The notes under the pieces are model-generated. The model made no database searches, was not told where the DNA came from, and saw only the letters and a list, made by a program, of their open reading frames with translations. Source: Myxococcales bacterium (GTDB lineage: Bacteria; Myxococcota_A; Polyangia; Haliangiales; J016). Taken from it: a DNA stretch of 48,828 bases. The stretch covers positions 1 to 48,828 of the forward strand of contig JABAAV010000003.1 of the NCBI GenBank assembly GCA_014238595.1, given 5' to 3'. Numbering within the stretch: position 1 is the first letter of the stretch; each line of letters starts with the position of its first letter. Of the stretch, positions 9,698-17,116 are shown piece by piece. The translations under genes and the position numbers were made by a program.

Positions 9698-9713
9698 TGT
9701 TTCACGTGAAACG
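9698..9713. promoter_or_regulatory. parS: parS-like site 8 (TGTTTCACGTGAAACG)
   Basis: Same 16-mer, 70 bp after site 7. Confidence 0.8.
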
Positions 9714-9767
9714 AGGCATGGGTGTAATTATACTTCTGTGAAATACAGCAGAACGATGTTTGAATCG

Positions 9768-9783
9768 TGTTTCACGTGAAACA
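9768..9783. promoter_or_regulatory. parS: parS-like site 9 (TGTTTCACGTGAAACA, full 16-bp palindrome)
   Basis: The only copy that is the perfect 16-bp palindrome. It closes the array about 60 bp upstream of the tsaD start. Confidence 0.8.
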
Positions 9784-9845
9784 TTGTCATGATATTCAAT
9801 AATTGACTTGACAGAAGGGGTGTTTTAAAGGATTCAATAGTCACT

Positions 9846-10853
9846 ATGCTTGTTCTTGGATTAGAAAGCTCATGTGACGAAACAGCAGCAGCTGTTGTGA
9901 GGGATGGAAAAGATGTTCTTTCTGATGTGGTTTTTTCGCAAGATCAGATTCATCAAGACTATGGTGGCATTGTTCCTGAGCTGGCTTCACGAGAACATAT
10001 TAGTCAAGTGATTCCAGTTTTAGCTCAAGCATTAGAAACTGCGAATGTGTCATGGGATGATATTGATGGCATTGCTGTTACTTGTGGTCCAGGGTTGATC
10101 GGTGCTTTGTTTGTTGGGGTTCAAACCGCCAAAGCCATTGCTTATGCTCGGAAAATTCCTTTTGTTGGTGTCAATCATCTTCATGGTCATATTGCTGCGG
10201 TGTTTTTGGATCGAGAAACGCCTGATCCATCTTTTCCTCATCTTGCATTGCTTGTTTCAGGGGGACATACAGAAATCGTTTTAGTTAAATCAATGACCTC
10301 CATGGAACGACTTGGCGTGACTCGAGACGATGCAGCAGGAGAAGCCTTTGATAAAGTCGCCAAAATGCTAGGTCTTGGTTATCCTGGAGGTGCAAAAATC
10401 GATAAGCTCGCTCAACAAGGTGCATTGGGACATTTTTCAATGCCTCGTTTGATGACAGGTGAAAAAACAGGGTATGATTTTTCATTTAGTGGTATTAAAA
10501 CGGCGGTATTACGTATTATTCAAGAGCAAGAATCTTTGAGTGATACCGATATTCAAAATTTAGCGGCTGCATTTCAAGAATCTGTTGTTGAAGTGTTGGT
10601 TCGTAAGATTTCTAAAGCCGTCAAAACCTCTATGATTGATACAGTACAACTTTGTGGTGGTGTTGCAGCGAACAGTCGTTTGCGTTATGTCTTAGAAACG
10701 ACTGGAAAAGAGCAGGGATTTTCTGTTTTTATTCCTCCGTTGTCATATTGTACGGATAATGCGGCGATGATTGCGGCTGCGGGGTATCATCGTTTTCAAG
10801 ATGGCATAGAAGATCCATGGGATTTGTCGGCATCTACGCGAATGTCTTTTTAA
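9846..10853 (+). CDS. tsaD: tRNA N6-adenosine threonylcarbamoyltransferase TsaD
   Basis: MLVLGLESSCDETAAAVV, VNHLHGHI, LLVSGGHTE and GGVAANSRLR are canonical Kae1/TsaD motifs. Confidence 0.95.
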   Translation: MLVLGLESSCDETAAAVVRDGKDVLSDVVFSQDQIHQDYGGIVPELASREHISQVIPVLAQALETANVSWDDIDGIAVTCGPGLIGALFVGVQTAKAIAYARKIPFVGVNHLHGHIAAVFLDRETPDPSFPHLALLVSGGHTEIVLVKSMTSMERLGVTRDDAAGEAFDKVAKMLGLGYPGGAKIDKLAQQGALGHFSMPRLMTGEKTGYDFSFSGIKTAVLRIIQEQESLSDTDIQNLAAAFQESVVEVLVRKISKAVKTSMIDTVQLCGGVAANSRLRYVLETTGKEQGFSVFIPPLSYCTDNAAMIAAAGYHRFQDGIEDPWDLSASTRMSF

Positions 10854-10893
10854 AAAACACAATAATTTCAATTAGTTATACTGTTTTAAAACG

Positions 10894-11739
10894 ATGAACA
10901 CAACAACACATTACCCTGATGTTCGTACTGTGATGAAACGTTATGGGCTTTCAACAAAGGCATCATGGGGGCAGTGTTTTTTAATTGCCGAATCGGTGTT
11001 TGCTGCACTTGTGAACGCCACGGTATTGGATAACAGCGATAAAGTGATTGAGATTGGCGCAGGTGCTGGTTCATTGACAATGCGATTGGCAGATCACACA
11101 CAATCGTTGTTGGCCATTGAGCGAGACAGAGAATGGATTCCTGTTCTTAATGATCTGTTTAATGATCAATCACATGTTGAAATTATTGAAGGCAACGCAC
11201 TCACGTTTGATTATAACGCCGAAGCTCAAAAGCACGGATCACCACTCATTATTTGTGGCAATTTACCTTATCAAATTGCGGGACCGATTTTAATGCTATT
11301 GTTTTCACAACGACAAGCATGGAAACGTTTGGTCGTGATGGTGCAACATGAAATGGCACATCGATTGGTGGCACATCCTTCAACAAAGGCCTATGGCGCG
11401 TTATCTGTTTTGACACAAACCTATGCCAAGACCAGCATGGTGATGTCCCGCATATCTCCAGGCGCTTTTGTACCACAACCTAAAGTTGATTCCTCAATTG
11501 TGATGTTTGAACCATTACACGATTGTGCCATTTCATCGATACAGGAAGATCATTTTCGTAACGTCGTGATGGCTTCATTTGCACAACGAAGAAAAACATT
11601 ACGCAACTCATTACAATCAGCATTTGATCGTCATGCGATTGACCATGCATTAGATAGAAGTTCAATCGATGGATCCCGTCGAGGAGAAACATTGTCTATT
11701 GAAGAATTTGTTTCTCTGTCACAGGCCTTGCGTCGTTAA
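10894..11739 (+). CDS. rsmA: 16S rRNA (adenine1518/1519-N6)-dimethyltransferase
   Basis: GQCFLIAESV, VIEIGAGAGSLT SAM motif, GNLPYQI, and FAQRRKTLRNSL C-terminal region. Confidence 0.9.
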   Translation: MNTTTHYPDVRTVMKRYGLSTKASWGQCFLIAESVFAALVNATVLDNSDKVIEIGAGAGSLTMRLADHTQSLLAIERDREWIPVLNDLFNDQSHVEIIEGNALTFDYNAEAQKHGSPLIICGNLPYQIAGPILMLLFSQRQAWKRLVVMVQHEMAHRLVAHPSTKAYGALSVLTQTYAKTSMVMSRISPGAFVPQPKVDSSIVMFEPLHDCAISSIQEDHFRNVVMASFAQRRKTLRNSLQSAFDRHAIDHALDRSSIDGSRRGETLSIEEFVSLSQALRR

Positions 11740-11764
11740 ACGGTTCAGATTCATCGTAACGCAG

Positions 11765-11810
11765 CAATAAAAAACGGGGAGCCTTGGTAATGGCTCCCCG
11801 TCATTATTCT
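11765..11810. terminator. Intrinsic terminator between the convergent rsmA and lipoprotein genes. Strong on the minus strand, possibly bidirectional.
   Basis: 10-bp GC-rich stem ACGGGGAGCC (11774-11783) / GGCTCCCCGT (11792-11801) with loop TTGGTAAT. On the minus strand the stem is followed by TTTTTTATT. On the plus strand it is followed by CATTATTCT, a weaker tract. Confidence 0.75.
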
Positions 11811-11840
11811 AAATCGAGGATTACGACACTGAGGGTTTCA

Positions 11841-12812
11841 TTACGGACAATATTGATCAGTATAACTTCCGAGATCACAATTTGTCAGGTATCTGTTCAG
11901 AAAGAAATAATCACTGTCGTTCTCTATGGAATCTTCTATGGAAGTCAAGGCTGGTATTGAAAAATCTGTCAGTTCATCGTTGTAACTGATCTTGATGTAA
12001 CCACCCAGAGTGGTTAAGAGGGGTAGTGAAAATTCTGTCAGTGCATCATCGTCAGTAATGTATAAACTATGACCTATAGTAGTTAAAGCGGGCAATGAAA
12101 CTTCTGTCAATGCATCACTATAACTGATCCATAGGGAACCATCCATGGTGGTTAAGACGGGTAATGAAATATGCCTCAATACTCTATTTGCTGTAATCGA
12201 TACAACACCACCGACGCTTTTTAAAGCGGGTAGTGAAATCTCTGTCATACTGTTAAATCTGAATATGAAGACTCCTTCTATGGAAGTCAAAGCGGGTAGT
12301 AAAAGGTTTGTCAAACGGTAGTTTTCATATAAAAACACCTCACCAGTAATCTGCTCAAGCAATGGAAGATTAATCACCGTTATAGCAGAACTATCGAACT
12401 GAAGAGATCCCCAGAGTACAGTACAATCACGCACCGAATCCAATTGCGCTTGAGAGGTTACAATCCCAGTACAGTCAATGATCGGTTCTTGTGAACTTGG
12501 TCTTTTTGGTAGCGGAAGACAAAATACATCTCCAGAGTCCTCTGTGACGCCATCCCAAGAAGATACTCCACGACATAGTAGATCAGGGTCGGGATCATTT
12601 GAAGGGAGCTCTGGCCTTACTGGATCTGGCGTTGACCCTGTTTCATTAGACGGTGTTGATGCAGACTCTTCATCTACTGTTTCAGAAGATGGTCTTGATG
12701 CAGAGTTTTCATCTATTGCTTCAGAAGAGGGTGTTAATGCAGACTCTTTATCATGACAACCGAAGAGACCAAGACTAAGAATCAAAGAGAGAGAGATTGT
12801 TAATGTTTTCAT
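11841..12812 (-). CDS. Repeat (receptor-L-domain-like / LRR beta-helix) lipoprotein, long paralog with a Ser/Glu/Pro-rich linker
   Basis: Signal peptide plus lipobox MKTLTISLSLILSLGLFGC. Low-complexity linker (SASRPSSETVDEESASTPSNE...). Then RDCTVLWGSLQF and about 22-24-aa repeats of the form L(T/S)x(I/V)SLPxLTx(I/V)xGxLxIxxNxxL. The C-terminus is NCDLGSYTDQYCP. Confidence 0.7.
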   Translation of the reverse strand: MKTLTISLSLILSLGLFGCHDKESALTPSSEAIDENSASRPSSETVDEESASTPSNETGSTPDPVRPELPSNDPDPDLLCRGVSSWDGVTEDSGDVFCLPLPKRPSSQEPIIDCTGIVTSQAQLDSVRDCTVLWGSLQFDSSAITVINLPLLEQITGEVFLYENYRLTNLLLPALTSIEGVFIFRFNSMTEISLPALKSVGGVVSITANRVLRHISLPVLTTMDGSLWISYSDALTEVSLPALTTIGHSLYITDDDALTEFSLPLLTTLGGYIKISYNDELTDFSIPALTSIEDSIENDSDYFFLNRYLTNCDLGSYTDQYCP

Positions 12813-12821
12813 AGCCTCATC

Positions 12822-12849
12822 AATATCAAACGTTCTGATGAGATGTCAA
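12822..12849 (-). promoter_or_regulatory. Putative sigma70-type promoter of the 323-aa lipoprotein gene
   Basis: Minus strand: TTGACA (12849-12844), 16 nt, GATATT (12827-12822). The ATG at 12812 lies only 9 nt beyond the -10 element. The same architecture is conserved upstream of the paralog. Confidence 0.4.
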
Positions 12850-12911
12850 GAAGTCATTGAGTACGACGCAGCGTACGACACAAATCAAGGACTACAACAC
12901 TTAGGTTTTCA

Positions 12912-13526
12912 TTACGGACAATATTGATCAGTATAACTTCCCAGATCACAATTTTGCAGCTTGCTGTTAGAAGAGATATGAATGCTATCGGGATAAATGC
13001 TATCGGGGCCGAAGTCTTCTACCGAAGTCAAGTTTGGCATTGAAACATCTGTCAGTGCACCGTTGTAAGTGATAGCAATGTAATCCACAGAGGTTAAAAC
13101 GGGTAGTGAAATTTCTCTCAGTGCATTAACCTCATTAATGTATAAAGTACTACCTATAGTATTCAAAACGGGTAATGAAAGTTCTGTTAATGACTCGTGA
13201 TGATCAATCTCTAGGCCAGCATACATGTAAGTCAAAGCGGGTAGTAAAATTTTAGTCAGACGGGAGTTATCTTGTAAAAACACCCTACCAGTAATCTCTT
13301 CAAGCAATGGAAGATTAATCACCGTTACATCAGAATCATTAAACCGAATAGATCCCCAGATTACGGTACAATCACGTACTGAATCCAATTGAGCTTGAGA
13401 GGTTACATCACCAACGCATTCCATGTTTGGTTCTTGTGAAGTTGGTGTTGATGCAGATTCTTCATCGCCACAACCGAAGAGACCAAGACTAAGAATCAAA
13501 GAGAGAGAGATTGTTAAAGTTTTCAT
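12912..13526 (-). CDS. Repeat (receptor-L-domain-like / LRR beta-helix) lipoprotein, short paralog
   Basis: Signal peptide MKTLTISLSLILSLGLFGC is identical to the neighbouring gene. RDCTVIWGSIRFNDSDVTVINLPLLEEITGRVFLQDNSRLTKILLPAL... ends in ..IHISSNSKLQNCDLGSYTDQYCP. The 5' and 3' ends are near-identical to the neighbour at the DNA level. Confidence 0.7.
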   Translation of the reverse strand: MKTLTISLSLILSLGLFGCGDEESASTPTSQEPNMECVGDVTSQAQLDSVRDCTVIWGSIRFNDSDVTVINLPLLEEITGRVFLQDNSRLTKILLPALTYMYAGLEIDHHESLTELSLPVLNTIGSTLYINEVNALREISLPVLTSVDYIAITYNGALTDVSMPNLTSVEDFGPDSIYPDSIHISSNSKLQNCDLGSYTDQYCP

Positions 13527-13535
13527 AGCCTCATC

Positions 13536-13563
13536 AGTATCAAACCTTCTGATTCGATGTCAA
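13536..13563 (-). promoter_or_regulatory. Putative sigma70-type promoter of the 204-aa lipoprotein gene
   Basis: Minus strand: TTGACA (13563-13558), 16 nt, GATACT (13541-13536), then the ATG at 13526. It lies within a roughly 100-bp upstream block duplicated with 12813-12911. Confidence 0.4.
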
Positions 13564-13625
13564 GAAGTCATTGAGTATGACGCAGCGTACGATAAAAATC
13601 GAGGACTGCAATATTTAGATTTTCA

Positions 13626-13805
13626 TTACGGACAATATTGATCAGTATAACTTCCCAGATTACAAATTTGCAGGGAGTTGTTAAGAGATATATCAATGCT
13701 GTCGTCTTCTATGAAAGCAGCCGCTAGCATTGAATCTGATTGCAGAAATATGCAGCGTAGGACGTTGGAAAAATCCCGCGATGGTTCTTCACTGTTCACA
13801 AAAGG
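13626..13805 (-). pseudogene. Decayed 3' fragment of a third paralog of the repeat-lipoprotein family
   Basis: Minus-strand translation ends ...FIEDDSIDISLNNSLQICNLGSYTDQYCP* (stop at 13626-13628), matching the C-termini of both intact paralogs. The downstream DNA (ttacggacaatattgatcagtataacttcc...) is also shared. An upstream in-frame TAG at 13806-13808 is present, and no signal peptide or repeat body remains. Confidence 0.55.
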
Positions 13806-13852
13806 CTACAGAAGCAGACTCACCCATGAAGCACTATCGGTACAAGGGGTCG

Positions 13853-14272
13853 TTATTTTTTCTTGAGATCATTTTCCTTTGGGAGGGACTTGTCTTCTCT
13901 TGGGAGGTACCTGTCATAACATTTGTCAGCGCAAGCTACCCTATCGGGGTGATCCACTGGCATACTATCACAAAAGTCTTTTATACAAGTGGTTGCTTTC
14001 GCGTAACGGGAAGGACTTTCTTTGAACTCTTTAAACATTTTAACCCCTACGGAGGTGAACATAAGAAACAAGAACCCATACAACACCACAACAAGAAGCA
14101 ACCCATGCAACAGAAAGACCCATAGGCAACCGAGGCTCAAGCCTTTGACTTTGTATTTTTCTAAAAAACCCCTTAAAATTTGGTGCCCACACTGAGGACA
14201 TGTTTTAGCCTGTGATGATATTTCGGCAGCACAGGCGGGACATTTTTCAATATTAATATTAATATTACTCAT
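13853..14272 (-). CDS. Zinc-ribbon membrane protein (hypothetical)
   Basis: MSNININIEKCPACAAEISSQAKTCPQCGH has a CxxC...CxxC zinc ribbon. One hydrophobic TM follows (GCLWVFLLHGLLLVVVLYGFLFLMF), then a short 4-Cys C-terminal tail. The longest ORF extends to 14317, but the ATG at 14272 fits the domain start better. Confidence 0.55.
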   Translation of the reverse strand: MSNININIEKCPACAAEISSQAKTCPQCGHQILRGFLEKYKVKGLSLGCLWVFLLHGLLLVVVLYGFLFLMFTSVGVKMFKEFKESPSRYAKATTCIKDFCDSMPVDHPDRVACADKCYDRYLPREDKSLPKENDLKKK

Positions 14273-14662
14273 AGCGACACAATACACGATAAAGATTGTT
14301 TGACAATAAAAGAACAACGTTAAGTGTCACCACAATCACACCATGCACTACAAAGGTCGTTAAGTGACTCAACCGTGGAGGCATCAGGGTAGGGACGCCT
14401 CTCTTTCCAATATAAAAAATAATAATACAGTACGACAGTGTACATGTAACACACCTAAAGCAAAAGATGCCTGTTTACAGAACAGGCTTTCCGTATATGT
14501 CTAATGCTAGCAGGTCTGCATGTACTGAATCCTCACATAGGCGTACTTGCAAAATCTGATTGTTGGTGATTGCGATGCGTTCTTTAATCAATTCATGGTA
14601 GTGCGGGGAATTCCTCGTGGTTCGGGTTGTGTACTCTTGTAAGAAACTGGTAGCAAACAAGG

Positions 14663-16228
14663 GTGATGAGTCAGTATCGACTAGATGAATGTTTAGGCAA
14701 AGGCGGGATGGCTGAAGTTTATCGTGGTGCCTTGTTAGGGGTTGAAGGTTTTTCGCGACCTGTTGCATTGAAACGTGTGCTTCCTTCATTTTCATCCGAT
14801 GCTCAGTTTGCAAAATTATTTATTAACGAAGCACAAATCGCATCATGGCTTCAACATCCTAATATTGTTTCTGTGATTGATTTTTCTCGTGATGATGAGG
14901 GTCATTTATTTTTAGCTATGGAGCTTGTTGAAGGGATTAATCTTGTACAACTGATGGCTGAGCAATCCATTGAGCCTTCAATTGCTGCATTGATTGTTGG
15001 TGAAATTTTACGCGGATTAGATTTTGCTCATAACGTCAAACGAGACAACAAAAAAATATGTGTGGCGCATCGTGATATCTCACCCCATAACATTCTGCTT
15101 TCTTGGAATGGTGCGATTAAGATAAGTGACTTTGGTATTGCCAAAGCGATTGGACATGGTGTTCAAGAAAACACGGGAACACTGCGTGGGAAGCTAACTT
15201 ATATGAGTCCCGAACAAGCCCGTGGTCATGGTATCGATGGGCGTGCTGATTTATTTTCAGTGGGTGTGATTTTTTATGAGATGCTTACGGGGCAACGCAT
15301 TTACAAAGGACAAACTGATTCTGAAAAATTAAATAGATTGCTTTATGAGCCTCATATCCCTTTATATGATAATGCGATTGCATTACCGCCGGATGTTGGA
15401 TGGATCTGTAAAAAACTCATGGAAAAATCAGCCGATGATCGATTCCTTGATGCACGAAGTGCGTTGAATGCTTTATACAACAGTGGATTAATTACACCAC
15501 AAACAACACAACGCTTTGCTGCATTGATGAGTGATTTTCACAAAGACAACACGACCAATGTCACAGAACCTAAAATGGATCCCATTGTGGTGACAGCAAA
15601 ATATGATATTCATCAGTTAATGAATATGCCGACACAAACAGCCGGAGATATTCTACAAAATCAACTATCAAAACCTGCGACAATCAAAAATCAATATAAT
15701 GACTACCAGTACTCATCTGACTTTCCGAAATCATCACGAAAAAACATGTGGTTTTTGGCCAGTGGTGTTGTTGTTGTTCTAGGGATGCTTTCTCTGTTTT
15801 TCTTAGACAGGCAAGACAGTGAACCCAATCATATCACACAAGCATCTCTTGACACTGTTGACACTATTGAAACACAACAAGACACAGCCAAGCACAACAA
15901 AACACAACCAGTAATGATACCCAATGAACAGGTTGTTATTAATGATATCAAACGTAATGAGACAAAACCCACAACGCTCAAACAAAAAACAGAAAACAAT
16001 CCTGTCAAAAAACAAATCACCTATGGTTGGCTATCGGTACATGTTTCTCCTGGATGGGCGATCATACAAATTAATGGCAAGAAAGTGGGTGAAACACCAC
16101 TGCTTCGTCATCAATTAAAAACAGGGCATCACAAACTTTCACTATACAATGATGAAACCGGCAAGCAGTATCATACATCCCTATGGATCAAGCGTGGGAA
16201 ACAAACACAGATTAAGCATCAATGGTAA
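14663..16228 (+). CDS. Hanks-type Ser/Thr protein kinase with a TM segment and a PEGA-like C-terminal domain
   Basis: GKGGMAEVYRG...ALKRV (ATP site), HRDISPHNILL (catalytic loop), DFGIAK and YMSPEQ. TM WFLASGVVVVLGMLSLFFL. C-terminal GWLSVHVSPGWAIIQINGKKVGETPL is PEGA-type. GTG at 14663 or ATG at 14666. Confidence 0.9.
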   Translation: MMSQYRLDECLGKGGMAEVYRGALLGVEGFSRPVALKRVLPSFSSDAQFAKLFINEAQIASWLQHPNIVSVIDFSRDDEGHLFLAMELVEGINLVQLMAEQSIEPSIAALIVGEILRGLDFAHNVKRDNKKICVAHRDISPHNILLSWNGAIKISDFGIAKAIGHGVQENTGTLRGKLTYMSPEQARGHGIDGRADLFSVGVIFYEMLTGQRIYKGQTDSEKLNRLLYEPHIPLYDNAIALPPDVGWICKKLMEKSADDRFLDARSALNALYNSGLITPQTTQRFAALMSDFHKDNTTNVTEPKMDPIVVTAKYDIHQLMNMPTQTAGDILQNQLSKPATIKNQYNDYQYSSDFPKSSRKNMWFLASGVVVVLGMLSLFFLDRQDSEPNHITQASLDTVDTIETQQDTAKHNKTQPVMIPNEQVVINDIKRNETKPTTLKQKTENNPVKKQITYGWLSVHVSPGWAIIQINGKKVGETPLLRHQLKTGHHKLSLYNDETGKQYHTSLWIKRGKQTQIKHQW

Positions 16229-16871
16229 TGTCTTGAAGTGATCGAGTGTTCCAGGACGTGCGAAGCTCTGGAGGGAAGCAGCCGTATGTTTTTTTGTATT
16301 GTTTTAAAAATGCGATTGTTGGTTTGTTGATATAGCCGCCACCTTTAATCTCTCCAAATTGTTTGTGATAACGTTTGGCGATTAATGCAAATAAATCATC
16401 ACGTTTATCTTTGGCTAAAACAGATGCTGCGGCGACTGCAATATGTGCCGATTCAGCATGGTTTTGAGCATGAAGGCTGGGAAACTGTTTCGACAATGGA
16501 CCAAAAACAGACAAGCCATCAGCAATAATTGTCGTTGCTTTGGGGGCTTTTTCAATGAGGCTTTGAGCCACGTTACGTTCCAATACATTGAGCTCTCCTC
16601 GAACAACATGACGATCAATGGTTGAGACATCAACAACAACAACTTCGGCAAAACGAGCATGGGTTTGAATAAATTCAGCCATTATTTTTCGTTTTTTCTT
16701 GGCAGCCATTGTTGAACCAAAATGTTTTGAATCGGCAATGCCTTGTTGTTCAAAGGATGGGATCGCCTGATCTTCAATGAATACAGCCGCAAGAACCATG
16801 GGACCAAGAATAGGACCACGCCCTGCTTCATCAATACCCAATACTGTATTGTGTCGTTTGGAGTTCAACAT
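16212..16871 (-). CDS. rnhB: Ribonuclease HII
   Basis: VLGIDEAGRGPILGPMV (DEAGRG catalytic motif), ADSK and AAASVLAK. 219 aa. Confidence 0.9.
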   Translation of the reverse strand: MLNSKRHNTVLGIDEAGRGPILGPMVLAAVFIEDQAIPSFEQQGIADSKHFGSTMAAKKKRKIMAEFIQTHARFAEVVVVDVSTIDRHVVRGELNVLERNVAQSLIEKAPKATTIIADGLSVFGPLSKQFPSLHAQNHAESAHIAVAAASVLAKDKRDDLFALIAKRYHKQFGEIKGGGYINKPTIAFLKQYKKTYGCFPPELRTSWNTRSLQDITIDA

Positions 16872-17116
16872 CGCGTTATCTTTGTATGATCAATAGGGTC
16901 ATCTAGTCAAAGTTCCATGGGCGATGTTTTTTGATCTGTTTTTTCAATAACGATTGTTATGTTTCGCAATGCGTTTCTGTTTGGTTTCCACGCATGAACC
17001 ATTGTTTATGTGACAAAGGCTTTGTAAAAGCATGACGATTTCAGGTTGTTGAACCAAGATCATCCATGTGGATCCTTGATTGATTTGCCTTGTATCTTGT
17101 TTATGGTTACTGATCT

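Larger units (their letters stand above)
9192..9783. repeat. Tandem 70-bp repeat: 8 full units plus a terminal palindrome and a degenerate leading partial unit. Each unit carries a parS-type palindrome.
   Basis: GTTTCACGTGAAAC begins at 9209, 9279, 9349, 9419, 9489, 9559, 9629, 9699 and 9769, an exact 70-bp period. Unit interiors fall into two sequence variants: ..TTGTGCTTCTGGTTCTGTGAGA.. and ..GGTGTAATTATACTTCTGTGA... Confidence 0.97.

Noticed and set aside
9192-9783. CRISPR array, suggested by regularly spaced palindromic repeats
   Set aside because: The segments between the palindromes are themselves near-identical from unit to unit, in two variants, so there are no unique spacers. The 70-bp period is a whole-unit tandem duplication. 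No cas genes or leader are present. The palindrome matches parS exactly.
13678-14125. Plus-strand ORFs 13678..13866 and 13730..14125
   Set aside because: They are antisense to the lipoprotein-family remnant and to the zinc-ribbon gene, which have clear features (family C-terminus; CxxC zinc ribbon plus TM). Their composition looks like antisense translation.
14475-14813. 112-aa minus-strand ORF spanning the kinase start
   Set aside because: Its N-terminal half is antisense to the well-supported kinase N-terminus (GKGGMAEVYRG), and no motif was recognised. The non-overlapping 3' part has no plausible start codon.
17060-17090. DnaA-box-like TGTGGATCC within the ATCCA-TG-TGGAT inverted repeat upstream of the aminotransferase gene
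   Set aside because: It matches only 7/9 of the DnaA box, is a single isolated copy far from dnaA, and the short 5-bp arms are expected by chance in an AT-rich spacer.
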